This document shows positions 47,154 to 56,118 of a DNA stretch of 64,000 nucleotides, piece after piece. Source of the DNA: a bacterium (GTDB lineage: Bacteria; Eisenbacteria; RBG-16-71-46); NCBI GenBank assembly GCA_046076045.1, contig JBJTRI010000033.1, forward strand, positions 745 through 64,744. Direction: 5' to 3'. The stretch's first letter is position 1, and each line of letters opens with the position of its first letter. A model generated the notes under the pieces. The model searched no databases. It saw nothing but the letters and a program-made list of their open reading frames with translations, and was not told the DNA's origin. Both the position numbers and the translations under genes were made by a program.

Positions 47154-48383
47154 ATGAAGCGCCGACTCCTCGAACCCGTCTCGATCGGTCTCACCCTCCT
47201 CGTCCTCGCCCTCTCGTTCGGCCACGGCTCAGCGGGCGCCGAGGAGCGCCGGATGCGCTTCCGCCCGGTGCCCGCCGAGAGCGTGGCCGCGGTCGAGGCT
47301 CGCGACCGCGCGTCCGCCGCCGCCCGCGACGCGGCGAAGGCGACCGACGACGCTCGCGGAGTGGCCGACCTCTCCGTCGAGGTCTCCGACGTCTCCGACT
47401 CGACCGACACCACCGAGGCCGTCGAGGACGAGCCCAGGAGCCGCTCCACGACCGGCGAGATCATGCGCTTCGGCAGCGACGTCACCGTGCGCGCCCGGCA
47501 GATCGTCTCGGGCGACGTGGTCTCGTTCGGGGGCGACGCCGACATCCGCGGCACGGTGCGCGGGGACGTCGTGGTGATGGGCGGCGACGTCACGCTGCGT
47601 CAGGGCGCGGTCGTCGAGGGCGACGTGGTCTGCATGGGCGGCACGCTCACCGAGCACCCGGGCTCGGTCGTGAAGGGTCAGCGCGTCACCGCGCCCCGTT
47701 CGCCGGGCGGCAAGCTGTTCATGCCCATGCTGGCCCTGGTCGGGACCGGCGTGCAGTTGGTGCTCAACGTCGTCGGGCTGTTGCTCGCGATCGCGGTCGC
47801 GTGGCTGGTGGCCAAGCTCGCGCCCCGGCGCACGCAGTCCGCCCTCGACCAGATCGACACCGCTGCGGGGGCCTCGTTCCTCACCGGCCTCGCCGTGTGG
47901 GCGCTCCTCATCCCCAGCGTGGTCGCGCTCGCCCTGGTGATCGCGCTGCTCTGCATCACCATCATCGGCATCCCCCTCGCCGCGGTCGTGGTGCTGGCCT
48001 ACGTGCTGTTCTTCGCCATCTCGGCGCTCTGGGGGGCGGTCGTGGGCTTCGCGCTCTTCGGTCGCATGCTCCACGCCCGCTTCAAGGGTACGGCGGCCCC
48101 GCTCGCGACCGCGGTCGTGTGGGGTGCGGTCGCGGTGCACGGTGCGGCCATCGTGGCCGACCTGTTCGACATCGTGCCCATGTTCGGTTTCGTGGGCGTG
48201 CTGCTCATGGTCGTCCACTACGTGCTGCTCTCGGCCCTCGCCACGCTCGGGGCCGGCGCGCTCATCCACAGCGAGTACCGGCGGCGCTGGCTGCAGGAGT
48301 GGTGGCAGCGCATCCGACCCGCGCGCCCGAACGACCCGCTGCCGCCGCCGCCCGCCCCACCCGGGGCCGGCATCGCGGGCTGA
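47154..48383 (+). CDS. Membrane protein with an N-terminal bactofilin-like (polymer-forming, beta-helix) repeat domain and a C-terminal polytopic TM domain
   Basis: ATG with GGAGG 5 nt upstream. Signal/TM segment, then GDVVSFGGDADIRGTVRGDVVVMGGDVTLRQGAVVEGDVVCMGG repeats, then 4-5 hydrophobic helices and a Pro-rich tail. Confidence 0.55.
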   Translation: MKRRLLEPVSIGLTLLVLALSFGHGSAGAEERRMRFRPVPAESVAAVEARDRASAAARDAAKATDDARGVADLSVEVSDVSDSTDTTEAVEDEPRSRSTTGEIMRFGSDVTVRARQIVSGDVVSFGGDADIRGTVRGDVVVMGGDVTLRQGAVVEGDVVCMGGTLTEHPGSVVKGQRVTAPRSPGGKLFMPMLALVGTGVQLVLNVVGLLLAIAVAWLVAKLAPRRTQSALDQIDTAAGASFLTGLAVWALLIPSVVALALVIALLCITIIGIPLAAVVVLAYVLFFAISALWGAVVGFALFGRMLHARFKGTAAPLATAVVWGAVAVHGAAIVADLFDIVPMFGFVGVLLMVVHYVLLSALATLGAGALIHSEYRRRWLQEWWQRIRPARPNDPLPPPPAPPGAGIAG

Positions 48384-48402
48384 TCGCTCGCGCGCATCCC
48401 AG

Positions 48403-48435
48403 GGGGCCCGGTCGCGTCGCAGGCGACCGGGCCCC
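48403..48435 (+). terminator. GC hairpin after the bactofilin-like gene
   Basis: ggggcccggtcgc-gtcgcag-gcgaccgggcccc, a 13-bp perfect stem. Confidence 0.45.
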
Positions 48436-48454
48436 ATGCGTCTTCGCCGCCTTG

Positions 48455-49093
48455 CCCGTGGCCGCGGGCTGCGTCAGTCTCGGGTGTCCCTTCGTCATCC
48501 CCACCGGAGGCCCCGTGCTCGGCCTGCTGCCCAACCTGCTCTCCGACCTCCAGCGCATCGCCCCGCCCGACCTGCCGCTCCCGGTCGTGTGCCTCATGCT
48601 GTTCGTGGACAACGCCACCTTCGCCGCGCTCTCCACGCCCATCCTGCTCACCTATGCGCCGCGTTTCGAGCCGTGGCAGATCGGCGTGTTCGGCGCCGCC
48701 TCGGCCGGCGCCGGCAGCACGGTGCAGTTGCTGGTCTTCCGCTGGCTGCTCGCCTCGAACTGGGCCTGGGCCCGCCGGCTCACGCCGTCGCGCGAGGCGG
48801 TGGCGCGTGCGCTCTCGGCCTCGCCCTCGGCCTCGTTCCTCGCCATCGTGCTGGCCCGCGCCACGCCGATCCCCGACGCGCCCATCAAGCTCGTCGCCGC
48901 GGCCGGCCGCTACCCGCTCCCGCGTTACTTCCTCGCGGTGCTCATCGGTGGCATCCCGTACTTCGCGCTGCTGTCGTGGCTCGGACACGAGTTCCCGATC
49001 CCGCCGTGGGTCCTGCTCCTGGTGGTGGCCGCGGTCGGGTTGCTGTTCGTGTTCGAGCGCTGGAGGACGCGTGGCCGCACGCCGCGCGCCTGA
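48455..49093 (+). CDS. Small polytopic membrane protein (DedA/VTT-like?)
   Basis: Frame set by GC3 bias. GTG 48455 is the first in-frame start (alternatives: GTG 48515, ATG 48596). 4-5 TM helices. RYPLPRYFLAVLIGGIPY resembles the VTT/DedA core. Confidence 0.4.
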   Translation, partial: PVAAGCVSLGCPFVIPTGGPVLGLLPNLLSDLQRIAPPDLPLPVVCLMLFVDNATFAALSTPILLTYAPRFEPWQIGVFGAASAGAGSTVQLLVFRWLLASNWAWARRLTPSREAVARALSASPSASFLAIVLARATPIPDAPIKLVAAAGRYPLPRYFLAVLIGGIPYFALLSWLGHEFPIPPWVLLLVVAAVGLLFVFERWRTRGRTPRA

Positions 49094-51095
49094 CCGCGCG
49101 GCCACTCCACGCCCGGTCGCGGACGCGGTCGGGGTGGACACCGGCGGCACGTTCACCGACGTGGTCGCCTGGCGTGCGGGACGGCGGGTGGCGTTCAAGG
49201 TGCCCTCGACCCCGCGCGACCCCGCGGCCGCGGTGGCCGAGGCCCTCGAGCGAGCCGGTGCGGGGCCGGGCACGCGCGTGCGACACGGTTCCACGGTCGC
49301 GACCAACGCCCTGCTCGAACGCAAGGGAGCGCGTGTCGCGTTCGTGACCACCGCGGGGTTCGAGGACCTGCTCGCGATCGGGCGGCAGGACCGCCCCGAC
49401 CTGTACGCGCTGCGGCCGCGCCGCACCCCTCCGCTGGTCCCGCGCGAGCGTCGCGTCGGGGTGCGCGAGCGCGTCGCGGCCGGTGGGCGCGTCGCGCGCG
49501 CGCTCACCGCCGTCGAGGTGGCGCGAGTGGTGCGTCGCGTGCGCGCGCTGCGCCCCGAGGCGGTGGCGGTGGGGCTTCTGCACTCGTGGTCGGCGCCCGC
49601 GCACGAGCGGCGTCTCGTGCGCGCGCTCGCCGCGCTCGGGGTGCCGGTGTGCGCGTCGTCGGCGCTGGTGCCCGAGATCCGCGAGTACGAGCGCTTCGCC
49701 ACCACCGCGGCCAACGCGTTCCTGTTGCCGCGCGTGGGGCGGTACCTCGCGCGTGTCGCGGCCGCGGGCCGTGGCGCCGACCTGCAGGTGGTGCTGTCGC
49801 ACGGCGGCACCGCACCGGCTGCGCAGGCCGCGCGCGAGCCCGTGCGCCAGTTGCTCTCGGGGCCGGCGGCCGGATTGCGCGCCGCGCTCGCTGCGGCGCG
49901 CGCCTGCGGGTACGAGCGCGCGCTCACGCTCGACGTGGGCGGGACCTCGACCGACTGCGCGTTCCTCGGCGGGCGCGACACGGGTGACGACGGTCTGCCG
50001 CGCCGCCGCGCGCGCGAGGTGGCGGGTGTGCCCGTGCTCGGGCCCACGCTCGACGTGCACACGGTCGGCGCGGGCGGCGGTTCGATCGCGCGGCTCGATG
50101 CGGGCGGTGTGCTGTGCGTGGGGCCCGAGAGCGCGGGCGCCGACCCGGGCCCCGCGTGCTACGGGCGCGGCGGGCCCGCCACGGTCACCGACGCGCTCGT
50201 CGTGCTCGGGCTCATCGCGGCCGAGTCGCTCGCGGGCGGGGCGCGGCCGCTCGACCGGGCCGCGGCCCGGCGTGCGCTCGCGGACCTCGCCCACGCCATG
50301 CGTGCGCCGTCGCCCGAGGCGGCCGCGGCCGGGGTGCTGCGCGTGGCCGAGGCCCGCATGGAGGCCGCGCTGCGCACCGTTTCGGTGGGCTGCGGCGAGG
50401 ACCCGCGCGGCGCGGCGCTGGTGGTGTTCGGTGGTGCGGGCGGGCTGCACGCCTGCGCGCTCGCGCACGCGCTCGGCATGCCGGCCGCGATCTGGCCGCG
50501 CGACGCCGGGGTGCTGTGCGCGCTCGGTGCACTCGAGGGCGGCTCGCGGCGCGAACGCTCGCGCAGCCTGCTGGTGGACGCCCGCGACACGGCCGCGCTG
50601 CGCCGCGCGTTCGCGACCCTCGAGCGCGAGGTGCGTGCGTCGTTCGCGCCCGCCGAGCGCGCGCGGGTGACGATCGAACGGCGGGCCGAGTTGCGCGTGC
50701 GCGGTCAGGCGCACGAGTTGGCGGTGCCGGCGTGGCCGCTCGCATGGCTCGCCGAGCGCTTCCATGACGCGCACGAGCGGCGCTACGGGTTCGCCGATCG
50801 CACCGCGCTGCTCGAGGTGGTGACGGTCGAGGTCGGCGGCGTGCTGGCGAGCGTGCCGCCGCGCGAGCGGCGCACGGCGCGCTCGAGTGCCGCCCGCACG
50901 CGCGTGCGCGTGCGACACGACGGCCGGACGTGGTCGGCGTGGGCGCTCGATCGCGACGCGCTCGCGCCCGGCGAGAGCGTGGCGGGGCCCGCGGTGCTCA
51001 CCGACGACGGCGCCACGCTGTGGGTCGCGCCGGACTGGCGAGCGCGGCGCCATGCGGGCGGTGCGGTGGTGCTCACGCCGCGGGGGCGGGCATGA
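49071..51095 (+). CDS. Hydantoinase / oxoprolinase family subunit A (HyuA-like)
   Basis: VDTGGTFTDVVAW N-terminal motif of the Hydantoinase_A family. Start uncertain: in-frame GTG 49071 (23-nt overlap with the upstream gene) or GTG 49134. Confidence 0.7.
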   Translation: MAARRAPDRAATPRPVADAVGVDTGGTFTDVVAWRAGRRVAFKVPSTPRDPAAAVAEALERAGAGPGTRVRHGSTVATNALLERKGARVAFVTTAGFEDLLAIGRQDRPDLYALRPRRTPPLVPRERRVGVRERVAAGGRVARALTAVEVARVVRRVRALRPEAVAVGLLHSWSAPAHERRLVRALAALGVPVCASSALVPEIREYERFATTAANAFLLPRVGRYLARVAAAGRGADLQVVLSHGGTAPAAQAAREPVRQLLSGPAAGLRAALAAARACGYERALTLDVGGTSTDCAFLGGRDTGDDGLPRRRAREVAGVPVLGPTLDVHTVGAGGGSIARLDAGGVLCVGPESAGADPGPACYGRGGPATVTDALVVLGLIAAESLAGGARPLDRAAARRALADLAHAMRAPSPEAAAAGVLRVAEARMEAALRTVSVGCGEDPRGAALVVFGGAGGLHACALAHALGMPAAIWPRDAGVLCALGALEGGSRRERSRSLLVDARDTAALRRAFATLEREVRASFAPAERARVTIERRAELRVRGQAHELAVPAWPLAWLAERFHDAHERRYGFADRTALLEVVTVEVGGVLASVPPRERRTARSSAARTRVRVRHDGRTWSAWALDRDALAPGESVAGPAVLTDDGATLWVAPDWRARRHAGGAVVLTPRGRA

Positions 51096-52714
51096 GCGCG
51101 CGCAGCGCCCGACGCGCGGCCGCGCGGCGTCCCGACCCGGTCGCGCTCGCGCTCTTCCGTGGGTTGTTCACGGCGTGCGCCGAGGAGATGGGGGCCACGC
51201 TCATGCGCGCGGCGCACTCGCCCAACATCACCGAGCGCCTCGACCACTCGTGCGCGGTGTTCGACGCGCGCGCGCGCCTGGTGGCGCAGGCCGCGCACAT
51301 CCCGGTGCACCTCGGCAGCATGCCGCGCGCGGTCGAGGCCGCGCTCGCGGTGGGGCCGCTGCGGCCCGGCGACGTGGTGCTGCTCAACGACCCGTTCGAG
51401 GGCGGCACGCACCTGCCCGACCTCACGCTCGTCTCGCCGGTGTTCCTGCCGGGTCGTCGCACGCCGTCGTTCCTGGTCGCCAGCCGCGCGCACCACGCCG
51501 ACGTAGGCGGCTCCGCGCCGGGGTCGCTGCCGATCGCGAGCGAGGTGTACGAGGAGGGGCTGCGCATCCCGCCGGTGTTCGTGCGGCGGGCCGGGCGCGA
51601 CGTGCCCGACGTGCTGCGACTGGTGCTCGCCAACGTGCGCACCCCGCACGAGCGCCGCGCCGACCTCGCGGCGCAGTTGGGGGCGCAGGTCACGGGGGAG
51701 CGGCGCCTGCGCGAACTCTCCGCGCGTCGGGGCGCCCGTGCGCTCAAGGACGCGGCCGCCGCACTGCTCGACGCCACGGAGCGGCACGCGCGCGCGGCGA
51801 TCGCGCGCCTGCCGCGCGGCCGGTTCACGTTCGAGGACGTGCTCGACGACGACGGTCGCGGGCACGGCCCGCTCACGGTGCGCGTCGCGCTCACCTTGGG
51901 GGGCGGTCGTGTGGTCGCCGACTTCACCGGCACCGACCCGCAAACGGCGGGCCCGGTCAACGCGGTGCGAGCCGTCACCACGGCCGCGGTGCTCTACGCC
52001 ACGCGCTGCGTGCTCGCCGAGGACGTGGCGGTGAACGACGGGCTGCTGCGCGCGATCGAGGTCGTGACCCCGCGCGGCAGCCTGGTCGATCCGGTGCCAC
52101 CCGCCGCGGTGGGCGCGGGCAACGTCGAGACCTCGCAACGCATCGTGGACGTGGTGCTGGGCGCGTACGCGCGCGCCCTGCCCGACCGCGTGCCGGCCGC
52201 GAGCGCGGGCACCATGAACAACCTGCTCGTCGGCGGGTACGACCCGCAGCGCGGCCGGGCGTTCGCCTACTACGAGACGCTCGGCAGCGGGCACGGGGGC
52301 GGGCCCGAGGGTCCGGGCGAGGACGCCATGCAGGCGCACATGACGAACACGCGCAACACGCCGGTCGAGTCGCTCGAGCACGCCTACCCGCTCGAGGTGG
52401 TCTCGACCCGCATCCGTCGCGGCAGCGGCGGGCGCGGGCGGGCGCGTGGCGGCGACGGGATCGAGCGGCGCGTGCGCCTGCTCGTGCCGGCCCGCGTCAC
52501 CGTGCTCGCCGAGCGTCGTCGGCGCGGCCCGTACGGGCTCGCGGGTGGGGCGGCGGGTGCTCCCGGGGTGACGCGCGTCGAGGTCGCCGGCCGCACGCGC
52601 ACCATGCCGGCCAAGTTCACGGCCGACCTGCCCGCAGGCGCGGTGGTGACGGTGGCCAGTCCGGGCGGGGGTGGGTTCGGCGCGCCGCGGCGGACGCGCC
52701 GCCGACGCTCCTAG
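51092..52714 (+). CDS. Hydantoinase B / oxoprolinase family subunit B (HyuB-like)
   Basis: ATGA overlap with hyuA. Hydantoinase_B motifs (LNDPFEGGTHLPD, NNLLVGG). Confidence 0.75.
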   Translation: MSARSARRAAARRPDPVALALFRGLFTACAEEMGATLMRAAHSPNITERLDHSCAVFDARARLVAQAAHIPVHLGSMPRAVEAALAVGPLRPGDVVLLNDPFEGGTHLPDLTLVSPVFLPGRRTPSFLVASRAHHADVGGSAPGSLPIASEVYEEGLRIPPVFVRRAGRDVPDVLRLVLANVRTPHERRADLAAQLGAQVTGERRLRELSARRGARALKDAAAALLDATERHARAAIARLPRGRFTFEDVLDDDGRGHGPLTVRVALTLGGGRVVADFTGTDPQTAGPVNAVRAVTTAAVLYATRCVLAEDVAVNDGLLRAIEVVTPRGSLVDPVPPAAVGAGNVETSQRIVDVVLGAYARALPDRVPAASAGTMNNLLVGGYDPQRGRAFAYYETLGSGHGGGPEGPGEDAMQAHMTNTRNTPVESLEHAYPLEVVSTRIRRGSGGRGRARGGDGIERRVRLLVPARVTVLAERRRRGPYGLAGGAAGAPGVTRVEVAGRTRTMPAKFTADLPAGAVVTVASPGGGGFGAPRRTRRRRS

Positions 52715-54135
52715 GCCGCGCTCCCGGCGCGCAGCGAGGCGAGTCGTTCCGCCACCACGCGCCGCGTGAGCGGCGTGCAGTCGGCGGCCGAGACGCGCAG
52801 CGCGGCCTCTGGCACCGCGTCGAGGAAGCGGTCGTTCTGCAGCCCCACCAGCACCGTGGGGCGTGCAGCGGCGTGCGCACGCAGTGCGGCGATGCGTTCG
52901 GGCGTGAGCGGCACGCGCGACGCGATCGCGATGACGTCGGTGCTCGCGGCCGCGCCGCCGTCGGGCACGCCGGCCTCGCGCAGCGACTGCGCGAAGCTCG
53001 GCCCGTGCTTCCACTCGCTCTCCTCGACCACGCGCCAGCCGCCGTCGGGTGCGCGGCCGGTCACCTGCAGCGCGCGTGCGACGAGGTCGGTGAGGCGCGC
53101 CTCCCAACCCTCGGGCGTGAGCGCGGTGAGCGGCGTCGCGAGTTCCTCGGGCGTGGGCTCGGGGTGGGCGGCGTCGAACGCGGCGAGTCGCGGGCGCGTC
53201 GCGTCGAACAGCGTGCGGTCCACGCTGCCCGCGGTCACGGCCTCGGCGATCGCATAGCGCCCGCGCCGCACCTCCTCGTTCCAGTGCGCGTAGAGCAGCA
53301 GGTCGCAGCCCGCCGACAGCGCGGCGAGGCCCGCCTCGGCCGGGGTGCGGCCCGCGGCGGCGCCCTGCATCTCGAGCGCGTCGGTGATCACCACGCCGCG
53401 GAAGCCCAGCCGCTCGCGCAGCACGCCCTGCACGATGCGGCGCGAGAACGTCGCGGGCACGCCGGGGTCGAGCGCGGGATAGACGACGTGCGCGGTCATG
53501 AGCGACGCCGCGTTGGGGTGGGCCGCGAACGGCACGAACTCGCGCGTCGCGAGGGTGGCCTCGGGCTGGTCGCACACCGGCAGTGCCAGATGCGAGTCGG
53601 TGCGCGTGTCCCCGTGGCCGGGGGCGTGCTTGATGCAGCCCGCGAGCCCGGTGCCCACCAGGCCGTCGAGCCACGCGCCCACGTTGGCCGCGACCTGCGC
53701 GGGCGAGGTGCCCCACGCGCGCGGGCCGATCACCGGGTTGTCGGGCTCGCTGTGCACGTCGGCCACCGGCGCGAAGTCCCAGTCGAAGCCCACGGCGCGC
53801 AGGCGGCGCGCGGTGACGTTCGCGATCCAGGCCAGCGTGGGGGCGTCGGCCACGCGCGCCAGCGTGGCGGCGTTGGGCGGCACCACGAGGTGACCGGCCA
53901 GCTGCGAGACCCAGCCACCCTCCTCGTCGAGCGACACGAACAGCCGCCGCGGACGGGCCAGCTCGCGCAGGCGGGCGATGAGCCGGCGGGCGTCCTCGAG
54001 GTCGCGGAAGTCGCGCGCGAACAGGATGACCCCGGCGGGCGGGAACTGGGCGAAGTCCTTCTCGAAGGCGGGGTTCAGGCCTTCGGGGGGGATCCCGATC
54101 ACCATGCGGCGCGAGACGATGTGCTGGGCGTCCAT
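52711..54135 (-). CDS. Glycoside hydrolase family 3 beta-N-acetylhexosaminidase (NagZ-like) with a C-terminal extension
   Basis: GH3 N-domain motifs: catalytic-Asp region GVVITDALEMQGA, KHAPGHGDTRTDSH. Its stop overlaps the hyuB stop within CCTAGG. Confidence 0.75.
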   Translation of the reverse strand: MDAQHIVSRRMVIGIPPEGLNPAFEKDFAQFPPAGVILFARDFRDLEDARRLIARLRELARPRRLFVSLDEEGGWVSQLAGHLVVPPNAATLARVADAPTLAWIANVTARRLRAVGFDWDFAPVADVHSEPDNPVIGPRAWGTSPAQVAANVGAWLDGLVGTGLAGCIKHAPGHGDTRTDSHLALPVCDQPEATLATREFVPFAAHPNAASLMTAHVVYPALDPGVPATFSRRIVQGVLRERLGFRGVVITDALEMQGAAAGRTPAEAGLAALSAGCDLLLYAHWNEEVRRGRYAIAEAVTAGSVDRTLFDATRPRLAAFDAAHPEPTPEELATPLTALTPEGWEARLTDLVARALQVTGRAPDGGWRVVEESEWKHGPSFAQSLREAGVPDGGAAASTDVIAIASRVPLTPERIAALRAHAAARPTVLVGLQNDRFLDAVPEAALRVSAADCTPLTRRVVAERLASLRAGSAA

Positions 54136-54243
54136 GCGGGCGCACGGTGGGGGAGTCGTCGCCGACTGTCAACGCGGTGTGAGATGTGGCCGGGCCCGCG
54201 GACATGGGTTGGGCGCGGGTGCGTGGCGCGGTAGACTCGCCCC

Positions 54244-54912
54244 ATGTTCCGCCCCTCTCGCCCCGTGTCCCCAAGCCCCCGTGCCGTGCTGGTCGCCCTC
54301 GTGCTCGCGTCCGTCGCGCTCCTCGTCGGCGCCGCGCCGGCCGGCGCCCAGGGCAAGCCCGCCGCACCGCCCTCCGAGGTGCGCGTGGGGCCCGGCTCGT
54401 CGGCCGCGCCCGGTGCGCGCAAGGCGCTCGTGGTCGAGGGCGACAACCACCTGTTCATGGTCTCGGCGCCCGAGGGCTGGGTGCTCGACGACACCTCGGG
54501 CATGGGATCGCGCATCCGGTGCGTGTTCTACCCGAAGGGGCAGAAGTGGGCGACATCGCCCACCGTCATGTACGTCAACCCGCTGCACGGGTTCTCGGCC
54601 AAGGAGCGCAAGGTCTCGGCGCTCATCGCCGACAGTCAGAAGCAGTTCCTCAAGCGCTCGCCGCGCGGTCGCGTCACCGACGCCGGGACGCTGCCCACCA
54701 GCGTGACGGGCAAGAACGCCATCGTGCGCTACTTCTCCGAGGACGGCGGCCCGCCGCACGAGGCCGTGGCCTATGTGCCCGAGAAGGACCTCGTCATGCT
54801 CATCGTGCTCTCGTCGCGCACCCCGGCCGGGTTCCAGAAGGCGCTGCCCGCGTTCCGGGAGCTGGTGTCGTTCTACGCCTGGGTCGGCACCAACAAGGAA
54901 TTCGGCCGATGA
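54244..54912 (+). CDS. Hypothetical secreted protein
   Basis: Signal peptide (AVLVALVLASVALLVGAAPAGAQG). No recognisable motifs. Coupled (ATGA) to the downstream aminotransferase. Confidence 0.5.
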   Translation: MFRPSRPVSPSPRAVLVALVLASVALLVGAAPAGAQGKPAAPPSEVRVGPGSSAAPGARKALVVEGDNHLFMVSAPEGWVLDDTSGMGSRIRCVFYPKGQKWATSPTVMYVNPLHGFSAKERKVSALIADSQKQFLKRSPRGRVTDAGTLPTSVTGKNAIVRYFSEDGGPPHEAVAYVPEKDLVMLIVLSSRTPAGFQKALPAFRELVSFYAWVGTNKEFGR

Positions 54913-56111
54913 GCGGGCGTCCCCGCGTCTCGCGCAAGAGCCTGTGCTTCAACGAGAGCGTCATCCGCGGCATGACGCGGCTCGCCAACCAGCACGGCGC
55001 GGTCAACCTGTCGCAGGGCTTCCCCGACTTCCCCGCGCCCGAGCCGGTCAAGGCCGAGGCCGCGCGCGCGGTGATGGCCGACGTGAACCAGTACGCGATC
55101 ACGTGGGGCGCCAAGCGCCTGCGCGACGCGCTGGTCGCCAAGCACGAACGCTTCACCGGTCTGCGCTACGACCCCGAGCGCGAGGTCGTGGTGTGCTGCG
55201 GCTCCACCGAGTGCATGGCGTCGGTCATGCTGGCGCTCGTGGACCCGGGCGACGAGGTGGTGGTGTTCGAGCCGTTCTACGAGAACTACGGCCCCGACGC
55301 CATCCTGTCCGGTGCGGTGCCGCGCTTCGTGCAGCTGCGCGCCCCCGACTGGTCGTACGACCCCGCCGAGCTCGAGGCCGCGTTCTCGGACCGCACGCGC
55401 GTCATCGTGGTGAACACGCCGAACAACCCGACCGGCAAGGTCTTCACGCGCGCCGAGCTCGAGCACATCGCCGCGCTGTGCCGGAAGTGGGACGTCATCG
55501 CGGTCACCGACGAGATCTACGAGCACATCCTGTACGACGGGGCCGAGCACATCGGGCTCGCGACCCTCGACGGGATGCGCGAGCGCACGGTCACGGTCTC
55601 GGGGCTCTCGAAGACCTGGAGCCTCACGGGCTGGCGCGTCGGTTGGTGCCTGGCGCCGCCCGACCTCACCGACGCCATCCGCAAGGTGCACGACTTCCTC
55701 ACCGTGGGCGCCCCGGCGCCCTTGCAGGAGGCGGCCGCGGTCGCGCTCGCCATGCCGGACTCCTACTACGAGGAGCTGGCCGCGCGGTATCGCGAACGTC
55801 GGGACTACCTCGTGCCGATACTGGAGCAGGCCGGTTTCCGCCCCATCGCTCCCCGGGGTGCGTACTACGTGATGACCGACCTGTCCGGGTTCGGCTTCCC
55901 CGACGACGTCACGTTCGCGCACTGGCTGGTGCGCGAGGTCGGGGTCGCCGGGGTGCCCGGGTCCAGCTTCCACTCCAACCCCGCGGACGGCTCGCAGCGC
56001 CTGCGCTTCCATTTCGCCCGGAAGCGCGAGACGCTGGAGGCCGCCGCCGAACGTCTGCAGTCCCTGCGGTCGCGCCTGCCGGCGCGGCCCGCGTCCCTCA
56101 CTCGGGGGTAG
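54909..56111 (+). CDS. Class I/II PLP aminotransferase (methionine/aspartate aminotransferase-like)
   Basis: NLSQGFPDFP, NTPNNPTGKVF and PLP-lysine SGLSKTWSLTGWRVGW motifs. Confidence 0.8.
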   Translation: MSGRPRVSRKSLCFNESVIRGMTRLANQHGAVNLSQGFPDFPAPEPVKAEAARAVMADVNQYAITWGAKRLRDALVAKHERFTGLRYDPEREVVVCCGSTECMASVMLALVDPGDEVVVFEPFYENYGPDAILSGAVPRFVQLRAPDWSYDPAELEAAFSDRTRVIVVNTPNNPTGKVFTRAELEHIAALCRKWDVIAVTDEIYEHILYDGAEHIGLATLDGMRERTVTVSGLSKTWSLTGWRVGWCLAPPDLTDAIRKVHDFLTVGAPAPLQEAAAVALAMPDSYYEELAARYRERRDYLVPILEQAGFRPIAPRGAYYVMTDLSGFGFPDDVTFAHWLVREVGVAGVPGSSFHSNPADGSQRLRFHFARKRETLEAAAERLQSLRSRLPARPASLTRG

Positions 56112-56118
56112 TGTCCGC

